DNA of 64,000 nt from contig JAYWIR010000065.1 in the NCBI GenBank assembly GCA_036172245.1, forward strand, positions 124,001-188,000, in the 5' to 3' direction. Under the pieces are notes generated by a model that ran no database searches, was not told the DNA's origin, and worked only from the letters and a program-made list of their open reading frames with translations. The translations under genes were made by a program, and so were the position numbers. Source of the stretch: Raillietiella orientalis. Its lineage: Eukaryota. Shown here piece after piece: positions 1-12,000 of the stretch. How positions within the stretch are numbered: the stretch's first letter is position 1; each line of letters begins with the position of its first letter.

Positions 1-657
1 TATATTCTTGCACTGTCAGGTATATCATAGTGCTTTTTTTCTTCTTGTTCGTCTTCTTCCGAGAGTGGAAAAATGAGAATGGCTGCTATGAAATTCAAAG
101 GCCTCATTCAAGGTGAAAATTCAGACTGTATTTCGAAATATTCCGAAATAAAATATAATCAAATGTTCCCGGCACGCCATGCCTTTGCTGATTGCTGAGT
201 TACTAAGGCATCTATTTGTATTATCTAGGTGGTAAATAGCGAAAGACAGGATTAGATCCTGGATGAAGGGTTGATAGAAGATAAAGATGAAGCGCATTGG
301 ATCAGATCAGAAAACCGAAGATCTCTTTTTTTCCTGGAGGCATGTTTTCCCTGAATCCTAACCCGGATGTGACTTGGGTTTGCTTGAAATTCTCCTACCG
401 CTGTTGGATGTTGTCTCTAACCTTTCTCAGCATTCCTATCTCCATCAGAAGACTAGTGTCTCTTCACCAGCTTCAGGTTGCGGCATAACACTTGGGTTCA
501 CGAAAATCCGATTGATTGATCCGATAGGTATGCTGCCAAATAAAAGATGATACACTCGTGAACTAGAAGGCATCTTGCGCTCCGAATCGTTCTCAGTCTT
601 TAGAAACAGAATTTCTTTCCTTCACGCAGTTTTCGAGACAAACAAACGATAAATCTG

Positions 658-689
658 CACCAAATGGGTGGTTCTTCACCCATTTGGTG
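658..689. repeat. Perfect 13-bp inverted repeat, 6-nt loop
   Basis: caccaaatgggtg (658-670) gttctt cacccatttggtg (677-689); arms are exact reverse complements. Confidence 0.95.
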
Positions 690-759
690 GTTCTAACATT
701 CACCATCCGATATGCTTCGAAGCATGTCTGGTGGGAATGGGAAAATGATGTTGGTTCTG

Positions 760-1990
760 ATATGGAACTCCTGAATACCTTCCACAGGGCGGTTGAAATG
801 CAGTGTCATGTCACGCCCAGAAAAGTTCCGCAGCCATCAGCAACAAAAGATCCGCAACAGGAAGTAAGATGCCCCATCTTTCGGCAACACGGATGCTCAG
901 TTGCATTGCCTAAAGTTGTGGTCTCACGAATTCTTTCCTGCCATATGCAAGTGTCGTTCTGTGATTGTTCAGTGAAGAAGATCCTGAGCTCGATCATGAG
1001 GTCATGCGTCGGGTCTTGTGATTTACCTCCGTTCTCTGACTGCCTTTTTCGTGTGATCGTGACTTGGGTCTGTTCGAAGCCCCTCCGCTTAAAATTTTCT
1101 CACAGTTGACCTGGTCTAATAGATGAAGTGCTGACTCATTCAAGAATTAGCCCCAACTTGAAAGTAGCATTGTTTTTGTTTGTTTCTATATGACACACAC
1201 AGTCGAACGTTTTTTGTTTTTCTTTTATCTGCTTGATGTTTGTATTTCTGATTTTTTTTTCTTTATTTTTTTAGATTTTTTTTTTTTTTTTTTGCGTGCA
1301 GTTTTAAGATACGCCGGCGAAGCTTTGTGCATATCGAGGAGATGCGCGCGCATGCAAAGGAGATGCTCGGTTATCTTAGTGCATGGAGGCTGGAAGGTTG
1401 GTCTCTGAAAGTTTGACCGATACCAGTCCAGTCGGCGAGGGCTTTGCATCTAATGGACTTCTACATGCGCTTCCAAATTCTCATGCCAGTAGCTGAAAGA
1501 ATGCAACCTCTCCACAGAATACGCCTTCCTGCTGAGTGACCCGCTGCTTCAAGTTCGTGGGTCAAGTCCGCGTCCGGTGGCCCGTGGGAATTGCATTTGA
1601 GGTCTCCTTCCATGTTCGGAAGTGAGTCGTGGTCTTTTCAACAAGGTGGTCTTTGTCTGGAAAACTGGTTCGTCAGATACATGCCATTGAAACCCACTCT
1701 GAGCTCCTGGTACCTTTCTCGCGCGCACCCTTTTTGTAGACAGAAATGTCGGAAAATTTGAATGATCCCCGTGAAATAAGCGACCAGGGAATGCTTAAGC
1801 TCAAACGAAGGAATCTTGAGAGCACGTGAGCGTCTGGGAATCCGGACTCCCTGCTTGCCGAATTGGATGAAACCACTCCGTTTCTTAGCACAAGAGAAAC
1901 ACACATGAAGAAGGAGGATTTGATCAAAGGCAGGATCTGCTTCGCCTGTGTATCTGGATGGTAAAGAATTTTCCACCACAATTTAAGCAC
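760..1990 (-). mobile_element. Possible decayed retroelement gag-like remnant
   Basis: Minus-strand fragment HPCCRKMGHLTSCCG resembles a Cys/His zinc knuckle; frames are broken by stops; long T tracts at ~1252-1293. Resemblance to BEL/Pao gag is weak and judged by eye. Confidence 0.25.
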
Positions 1991-3008
1991 CGTGCCGGAA
2001 AAATTGCTCAAGTTGTGAAACGGAAGAAACGCGGATGCACTGAGCTGTTCGAAAACGGAGAAATTTGACACATGAGGATTATTCGTCCATCTAGCGAATC
2101 CGATTCTTGAAGAACACATCTCGCAGCCCAGTTACCTAGAAGCAAACCGGGCAAACGTTCTTGCTGTTCTCTGGTTTGGCTGCGACAAAAAATGATGCCA
2201 TGCGATGGTTTGTGTGTGCACGCTAGTTCTCTTTTAGAGGCGAGCCCTATTTTCGTTTTTTTTTTTTCTTTGTGTTGAAAAGGTTCACGGACGCTCGTCC
2301 TTCTAGAATAAATAAGTAAAAAAGAATTCGTTCGGAATCCAGTTTTCATTGATGTCATCGAGTGCTTCCTGGGATTTTGTTTAGGAGACTTTAATCATAT
2401 TGAATTAAAGGGTTGCAGAGATCGCAAGCACAACGTGCGAGGAAGCACAGGTCGGAGGGACATGCTGTTTTGTAGGTTACCGTTGGGAGGGCCAAGGAAG
2501 GCATTCATCGATCACTGCCTGAAATATCAACCAAACTGAGCTACGCACAAGATGCGACAGCAATTAGAAAAAAACTTGTTCAAAGAGCAAACTTCTTAAT
2601 ACAAAGATTCATTCTGTAAGGATTCTCAATCAAACTGTTTTGAGTCCAGTTTTGCCGAATTCGAGGGCAGTCGATTGGTGGATGCATTTCCGAAGATTGC
2701 ATTGCGACGTGCGGATGTACACGTAAGAGCGCCATTTCGGTTTCTTTCTACATGTCGGTCATCCATATGCATGGACACTCGCTTAGAGCACCTGTCTCCT
2801 TTTTCGTAAGAAGAATGGAGGTGATCTGTCTAAATGGAAATATTCACCCCAAGTCCCAACCTAGCTAAACAGAAAAAAAAAAAACTTTCTTTGTATTAAA
2901 GTGTGCTTGAATATTCAATAGCTTGAACTCTCCTTTACAAAGTGTATTGCATCATGCATAATTGTGTGTCTTTTCTTTTATTAAGATAATATAATTTTAT
3001 CGCATTAG

Positions 3009-6000
3009 GAACTAGTCAAATGCGTGGTAGTCGGAGACTCTGCTGTCGGTAAAACAAGGCTCATTTGTGCTCGTGCTTGTAGTCAGCAGATGACACCATC
3101 TCAGTTAGGTGCAACACATGTACCAACCGTATGGGCAGTAGACCAATATCGAATCTACAAAGAGGTATTGGAAAGATCATGGGAAGTTGTTGATGGCGTG
3201 GATGTATCACTGAGACTCTGGGACACATTTGGAGATCACGAAAAGGACAGGAGATTCTCGTATGGACGGTCAGGATACCAGCATACCTTATTTACTTCAA
3301 CTTGCATGTTTGTTTTGTTTTTTTTTCCCCTTTCCAGATCTGACGTAGTTATTCTTTGCTTTTCTATCACCAACGCTACTTCTTTGAAAAACTGCAAAGC
3401 TATCTGGTATCCAGAAATTCGAAAATTCTGCCCTAATGCGCCTGTGGTACTTGTAGGCTGCAAGAACGACTTAAGAGCATGTCAAGATAACAAATCTGCA
3501 AACGACTGTGACAGCTATGAGTCATTTAACAGGTAATGGAATGACAAGCTCCAAAATTGGGAAGCATTCTTCCGGACTTGTTCTTAGGAACGTAAACATC
3601 ATCATGCCATCACAAGCGAGAGTTATTGCCAAAGAGTTAGGAGTATGCTACTATGAGACTAGTTCTGTTACTAAATACGGTGTCAGAGAGATGTTCCAAA
3701 ATGCAATTAGGTGTGCCCTGCTTGCACGCAGACAGCAAAGATTATGGAAAACGAACTTGAGGTACATTCAGAAACCTCAGTTTCAGGTAATTTAAATCAG
3801 TGGAAAATCACAGCCCTTGATCGTAAACAGCGACCTTTCTGCCCACCTCGTCCAGTGCTGCCTACGGTGATGTGTTCTGCCTCAACATGGAGTGCTGAAT
3901 TCTCTGCTATGCACAGAGACAAAGAGCATTCAGATGTTATTTTGATAGCGTCAGGAATTAAGACAGTTGCCCATAGTATTGTCCTAGCAACAGCTTCTCC
4001 ATTTTTCTATCGCTGTCTTCTTGAAAACAAATTCACAATGCATCCAAGCGTGGTGAGTAGTTCTTGAATTGAATCTTGAGAAGCTGAAACCTCATGTGCA
4101 AATCTGCTGTTGCCAAAGAACCGCTCACGTTGTGAACGGCTTGCTTGTAAATGAAATTTGTACTGTGACGGTACAGTGTGAGGAAATGATTGTGATACAC
4201 CTGAATCTGTTTTCTGTTATGATTCACAAATCTAGCACACTGTACATTTGGAGTATGAGAAATCCTTGCTGAACAAAAATGGCAACTCATTTTTTTTTTT
4301 TTTTTTTCTAAAAAAAACTAAACGTCCCTATCCCATAATTTGCTGAGATGAATCATCGCATCCTGAAAGTCTAATTGTATGTCTGAAAGTCTCTGCTTCG
4401 CTATTGAAATTCAGCCATCTCTCTCCACACGCGTAATAGCGTCCCTCAAGAACATCAGTTTCGGCAATATTGCGTAAAGCAAGATCGAGAGACCCTGTGG
4501 GAAATAACCATGCCACTGATTATGAGCATTAAACCATGTATTATATCCAAATAAGTGGAAAGCACGTCTTCATGCTGATCACAACGTAAAGAGGAAACAT
4601 GGCTTGCTTCTTGATCATCATTTACTTGATTTTTCCTGTCGATGTTCGAAAGGCCTGGGTGATAAATTTCTGCTTCATCCTTAATTTCCCTGCTCTCCGT
4701 CTATCTCGTAGGTTTCTAACTTTCCTCGATTTTGCAGATGCTTTCTTACCGGAAATTCAGAATGAAGACCGATTTCACTTGTTAAGTGTTTTCCATATTC
4801 CATAATCCGTGCTGTTCGCTGTGCTACCGATGTCTGTGAGCTCTATTTGAGTATACTGCGACAGCTGTTCTACGTCCTCTTCTTCGATGACGGTACACTT
4901 ACCCCTCATTCACTCATTCCCAGCTTCTCGATTTCATGAATTTCCTCTTCAGGATCAGGAAAGTTCGAAGAATCGATCCATAGGCAGGCAAACCTTGGTG
5001 TTGAGAATTGTGCCCTGCACCCGGCTGTTTAGATAACTGAGGCATCACGGCTGTCTTGGCATTCCAGACATGTTCAGCTTTTCCAAGTGTTGAACATTTA
5101 GGAGCCAACTGATCTGCTAACTCTTGTTGGTGCATTTGCAATGAATCGGATATAATAAGGGACGAGAGGGCAAGCTTCTCTTTGATCTGAAGACCAGCTG
5201 GTAGTGGCGCAACAAGAATATGACTTGTACTCTGGGATGGACAATGTTCAACATTTTTAAACTGTGCTCGCAGAAGCAAAAGACGTTGCATGTCTTCCCT
5301 AGCCAGGGACCTCGTGAACAAAAATAACTGTCAAGCCAATACCAAGTCGTTTTGCAGTAAACTATACCACCATTGGGTCGGTGAGCCACCGGTGAAGCAC
5401 CTCATTCCACTTTTCCCGCTTTTCCTTCAGGGATCGGGTATTCTTAAGATGAACTTGTGAAGTCGCCACTGTTGGAATCCCCCTCTGCCATCCTTAGGGG
5501 TGGACTGTCGAAATCGAATTTCCAAATCTCTAGGTGCATTGGCATGGAAGAGCAGCACAACGTTATCTTTAAAGCTCTTCGACCATGTCCTAATTTTTGA
5601 TCTTTCGCTATACATGTTCGTACATGGTCGCTGAAAAAGGATTTTCGCTTTCATGAATTTTTGGAATGCAGTCTTCTGTAGCAACCGCAAATGCTTATTT
5701 TTTTTTCGGTATCCTGATATTATATCCAGGAAATCCGTTTCCTGAGTCTATCCCATTCGTAGTCTGAGCATTCTCCATCGACACTGTGGTAATTGGCTAA
5801 CCGCTTCTCCGAATGGGATCCAGTGGAACTTGACTATTCACAACCAAATTTCTATTAGCTACTTGATCAATCGCTCACACTCCTAGCAATTTTTCCATTT
5901 TTCTCGATCCTTCGCGTCTGGAAAACCCGCTCTTGATGCACGCCGCTCCCAAGCACCTCTTAATTTCAAGAGAAGTCAGCAGAATCCTCTCAACGAGGTG

Positions 6001-9000
6001 CAGCTGCAATCATGGCCTTTCAGCTCTACAGTTTCCACTTTGCCCATCAGCTTCACAGTTGTTCTGGTCTTTTCGTTTCCTTGTAAGGCTGTAACATATT
6101 CTTGAAACATAAATCTGAAGAGCATGAAGATCGAGACGAGAGGGAGAAACAAATGCATGGTACACGGAGGATCAGGAGCGGTTTCGCAATGCTTCCCATC
6201 GAGATGAATGATCAGAGTGACAGAAGAATTTGGATTTCTCGATCGCGGTCTCTTTGCTCCGGAGCAAAGACGGCGATCTATCTAAATCAGATTACCATGT
6301 GTCACATTATTTAAAATTATTCTGATCTGTTACGATCTATTGTCTAAAATCTTTTTTCCCCTCCAAGAAACGGACACAAATATGCCGGCAGATGTGTCAT
6401 TTTTCGTACCTAGCCACTGTAAATAACATACGTCATTGTATTGAATGAATCTGATATTGGAAGTAGTAGCCGCTTCAGAAATGAAAAGAATAATCCAAAA
6501 TAGAACAGGAAGTTAACAAAACACATTAGACCCCGTATAACGCGTGGGTTAGGGGCACATTCCGCGTTGTACGGGTCTTGAGGCTTATGGACCGATAATA
6601 TAATAGAGCTTGTTAAACATACAGTTATAGCAGTAAAATGTTCATTATTTCAGGTCAAAACATAAAGGAAAAAAATAAAGTGCTTGTTTAGGATTTAATT
6701 CAAAGTAAAAAGAAGCTTTCAACATTTTGTTGACATTTAGTCATTTAGACAATTTCAAGCTTTCAGCTTTATCGTTCTCGTTGTCGAAAAATGCTCTTCT
6801 CGCTCTATTCTATTCACGAACATTTGGATGAAGTAGAATCGAACCTACTTAAATCCTGTGTTCATATTCTTTCCAAAAACAGCTGAACTGACTTTGTGCC
6901 ACAAAATCGAAATTTATCCACAGTGTCGCACGGGGCTTATCTACCGCGGCTTACGAGGGCTATCGCCATTTTTTTTTTTTCCGTCGCTCTATATGAGGGT
7001 CTACTGTACTGCAAAAAAAAAAAGAACAGTGAGCAATTTTTTTCCTTCACATTATACAGAACGTCTATAGAGACGAATGAATGGTGTAGGTATTGACAGT
7101 TCCGTGATAGGATGCACTTCCATGCACATGGGTATGAAAAAAAATAAAAATAAAAAAAAATAGGAGCGCGCGCGTATGCGAGAGGAATGCCTCATGGTGT
7201 TGCACTTAGCTGAGATCATCTCTGAAGGTCGGCGAATGTGTACCACCGGCATCAACTTCGTGATGATGATCAAATCGTTTGCTGCCATGTGCAAGTCAGC
7301 ATGATATGCATTCTGGTTTTACTTCGGGGGGGGATCCAGCGTTCAGGAAGTGTCGAACGGACGTCTGTGAGGAAATTTCAGAGACTCCCTGCCGCACCCC
7401 GCGTTGTCAGGATGGGCTGAAGACACCCATCCACGTGTCAGCTGCGATAATCTGTGAATATCGAGCTTCGTAACCATGACTCTCATTTCTTCTCCTACGC
7501 GTAAGTTCTCTGTTCACGAATAAGCGCGGGGATCCCCCTCTTCGGGCTGATATTTCCTCTCGAGCATGGATGTGGTTAGAAGAAAAGCGCAGAAAGCGAT
7601 TTACGATGTGATCACATGTTGCCTGCATTCTCTTTCCTCAAGAAACCACTGTGATGGAAAACTTCGCAGCCCCATGCAAAATTTGAATACGTTTCTTTGC
7701 TTAGTCATGAGACACGCACACGCGGAAAAGGAAAACATCATAAGAGCAGAGGGGGGCGAAACGAATGAGAAGTGCAGAGACGAAGCAGGTTGAAAAATTC
7801 TGAACATCCCTTCTGCAACGAGAGCATCATTCCAGTCTTTGAACCAAGTGAATGTTTTCTCACGTTCTCCCGAGACGTAAAGAGTCACTTAATGACACAC
7901 ACACCTCGCTGAACCGGGGAACGAACTCAACGTCCTGTGAACCAGTGGATGGTACAAGGGCATTCGTAGATAGCTTCGAACTGAACACCTTCGGTGTCTG
8001 GAAAACGCCAAGCAAGCGACGCACATGTCGAATTCAAGGGCCAGAGTTGCTAAGATACGAGAGGATACTTTTCCACCAGCGTTTCAAGAGGATGATGATC
8101 CTTGATGGGGTTTTCGGTCTGAGAGTGCGAGTCGCGCGACAAGATCTCCTGCATCACGAGGTTATTGGCCACGTATGCGGGTGGGTCCGCAGATGCCTGT
8201 AAGGTTTCCTCAACTTCTTCATTTAGCGCGCGACAGCTAGAAAGAGCGCTGAGCTTTGAAATCGGAAGCTGCTTCTGTGGTTTCTTCAGAGCAATGCTTT
8301 TCCTGACTCCAAAGTTTAAAGAGCGATGATCTTTCGCCTGGAAAAATACCTTAATAAAAGTTACGGTTGGTTGAAGTAACGACCAAGAGGAAACGGTTCG
8401 TTTCCATACAGACTGAACGTAGGTTGGAATGTGGGGCTGTGTGGAAATTTAAAAATCCCAAGTGCTTTCAATATGTTTAGGAGACATAGAAGGAAACAAA
8501 CGCTTTTGCGCGCTCTTTCTCTTTTTTCTTCTCCTGTTATCAACATCAGCCAGCATGCATCAGAAAAAAAGAGAATTTATCAATTTGCATCTGCTTGTAG
8601 TGCCGGATTAAAATACCTTCTTCTGCGGTTACATATGCAAAATCGGTTAATCAGCGTTGATGGTTTCCTCGTTGTACATATAGAGTTCTGAACAGGCAAT
8701 CAACCGAATCAGACATTTGGCAGAAACCATCTAAAGGCAGATAGATCTGCAGGCTCCAAAAAGTTGAAAGAATTCAAATAAGTAGTACGTGTGTGTGCGT
8801 GTGCAAGCAAAAAGGATAGAACCTTGTGAGTGAGTAGATAAGCGAGCAGAGGCGTGCAGCCATGGTGGAGAATCATAGGAAATTGGGGAAAAGCAGGAAC
8901 TGTTTTCGTGCAAACATTTGAAGCGCCCACCTATGTAATTGCCCGGCCTATTTCGAGTTGGGTGATATTCACGCATTTTACATTCCTCAGTTGAACCGTA

Positions 9001-12000
9001 TATCATAGGAGGTCCATCTAAAGGAGTCACTGACCTTGGAATTGATCAACTTGCGATGTATATTTTGCTGTTTACACTCGTGTTGAAGTGAGTGGAGATG
9101 CAAACAGGTGAAGGAAGGAGTCCGCTCCTCCTTACCATTCTGGCTGCATTCTCCAGCTCGCCCTCATAGAGAAGCCATAGTCCTTGAGGGTGTCTTTGGT
9201 ACGGACGGTGTTGCCAGAGCAGGGTGTCTTCTTCAACTCCGTAACGCCTTATCGCCGGTCTAAACGTCAGTCCCGTAACCAGGGACCTCGACCCCCGAAC
9301 CAAGCGGAGACCAGTGGCGAGAAAAGTTGATACAAAATTTAGGGAATTTTCGCTTCGAGAACACTCCTCCGTGTCGATCAGCCAAACGATGTGTACGAAA
9401 AAGGCACCACAGAAGGGATCCACATGAAATTCAAAAACACTGCGAATCTCGCGGAATCGAGCAAGATTTTTTTCCGGCGCGATGTGATGCGAGCCCTCGA
9501 AACCGTGCTGTGAAAACTGACCAATCCCCACTTCCAGGAGAAATGCACCGTCCACCTCAGAAAATCCTCACCGTGCATCCGAAAACTGATCACCTTGGAC
9601 ACGTCGATAACGAGTTCTTCCTTGGAGCACTGCCTGTACTTCTTTTACTATGGCAAGATGAAGGATGGGCCAAGCACACCGAATCTGCAGGTAAGTTCGG
9701 TTTGCTCACCCAGCAGGCACGAAACGTTTCACGGTTTTTGTTTCGTTTTTTGTACGGTCGAATAGGGTAATTCTGTATGAATTGTAATAATTGACACGAT
9801 GAAGATACGGTGTTTCTTGGTTTCCGCTTAGGATTTTATAACTAAATAAAATGGCATCATTAATACCATTACTGTGATGTTCCTTGTCGAGAAGATGCCT
9901 TCTGCGGCTGCTCAAGGTATGGCGTCGGTCAGCAGATAGTGAAATCGATAAAGACAGAAACCAAAGCGATTGAAATAGCCTCATGTCGTGCTGAATTAAT
10001 GATTATCGCGTCCATCGAGGAACGGTGTCACAAAAGGCAGCTGCGCTCAAAGACAGCTACGCTTGTGGCGCAAAATGCTCACAAAGTTAACTGATGAAGG
10101 CACAGAGGTTGGGTATCTGCCCGTGATCCCGAAGGAATTCTTAATTCGATTCTTACGATGTCGAGACTTTTCGCTGTTCACCTCACGAATGATTTCTTGG
10201 TGCTCCCGCGTTCCGCACTCTTCCATCTACATTGGTTAACGCGTTCGAGTATCTGCCTAAACATCATCGGTCCGGGCAGGAGCAACTTCGTCCCAATCTG
10301 AGTAGACCTGCCTGGATGGAGCGTCCTCAACTGCAACTTCGATAAACGAAGGATGCTCCTCAGATTTGAAAGCCATGCCCGGAAATGCGTCATCCTTGGT
10401 AGGTACGGCTTTCCGGAAGAGAGAAAGATTAGTTGCTGGGAGCCCAGACAATTTTTATTCTCAAATGAGCAAGAGTCCACCCGGGCCGTTTCACAGGAAC
10501 CTTTGAACGAATTTCATAATTTGCTGGTTTTTAATTTTGTAGAATTTCATATTCTGCTGGTTTTTTCCTTAAGAATAAAATGACTTCTTATTGCTAAATT
10601 CTTGTAAATATTTCCTTGCTGTTGATATGACGGTTTCGAAACGTGAGAGATCCTGCAGCGTAGCTTAGCTACGCTGCAGAATGTGACGAGCGTTGAAATC
10701 ACAGGGGAAAAAAAAAAAAAAAAATTTGAAACACAGCAGCAGCGTTCCCAAGGTAATGATTTTAGCTACTATGGCTTTGAAGTTTCATTCGAATGTGCTC
10801 GATGTTTCCTCTATTTGATGCTGTAGACTGAAGCCATAACAAGCTAATTCGGTATTCTTCCTTTCGGTATCTCTTTCCCTTCTGGAGAGAGTAGTTGACC
10901 AGCATACTCTTTAATTGCTGTTGTAGCATCCATACAGAGATACAGAGCTTGAAAGTAGTTGCATTTGCGAAGTCTTGAGTAGTATGCTGTATTGGGACTT
11001 TCGGATAAGCCTGGAGAACTCGCATGCTAATCCTGGAATCCTGATAGCCTGGGTAAAGGAAGAAAGAACGGAATGTCCCTCTCGTTGGGTCCCACGGGTT
11101 TCGCAATGGTGCGTGGTTCGCGCAGCTCTTCCAAGGCGATGATGGATTCGGCGGTTAACAGCATTGCTTCTAGAACGCGCCTCGGGACAGAATCTTGCAT
11201 TGCTTGCCGACCGTTGCCGTTTTTAGGATGCGTGGGATCAAGATGGGGTCTGGAAAGAGCTGATTCAGTATGTGCGGTTGGTGCTAAGGCTTGTTTCAGG
11301 CGAATGGTACGCAACTCGCCTGGAGCATTTGGTGAGCTCCGTTCCGACCACCCTGGAACCCGTTCACGTCGTAACGAGGTCCCAAGGTGGCAGTGGTGCC
11401 TAGTTTTAAGGCCTCCGGAGGAGAGTGCTGGAGACGCGAGAAGTTCTCTTGTGGTGGGAATCCGGTTAACCAGCGCCCCACCCCAAGACAATCACAGGAA
11501 AGCTGTGATGCCAACAAGACGGTCTTTTCGCTTCCTCCGGTGTTGCGGCAACTTGTATGCAAGGAGGCCACTGATTATAGTCCCGCAATGATCGGTATGA
11601 CCTATCAAAAATGGATTTTTTTTTTTTTTTTAAAAAAAAGTCTAAACAGTTCGTTTATTAGAAGAGGAGAGATCCTGCTCAAATGAACGTCAGCAAAGGC
11701 AAGTGAAATGATGCATCGCTTTCTGATGATGAATCACCGTTTAACCTGATACCTTCCCCTTCTTCGCTTCTCCTTCACCGTGTTGCCAGCCTCCTTCCCC
11801 AGAAACTTGGGAGCGAAAAATGCACCTTGTCTAAGAATCAGCTGCGACGATGGGCGGAATGAAAGCGGTGGTTGTGGGTGAGCGTAGTTGGCGTTTTGCG
11901 ACGTTTCGCAGGGGGCGCTGTCGAAGGCGAAGGCGTGATAACTGCGTCGCGATGGAAAACTCGTTCAGCTCTCGACACGCAGTAAAAACGCGTACGCACA

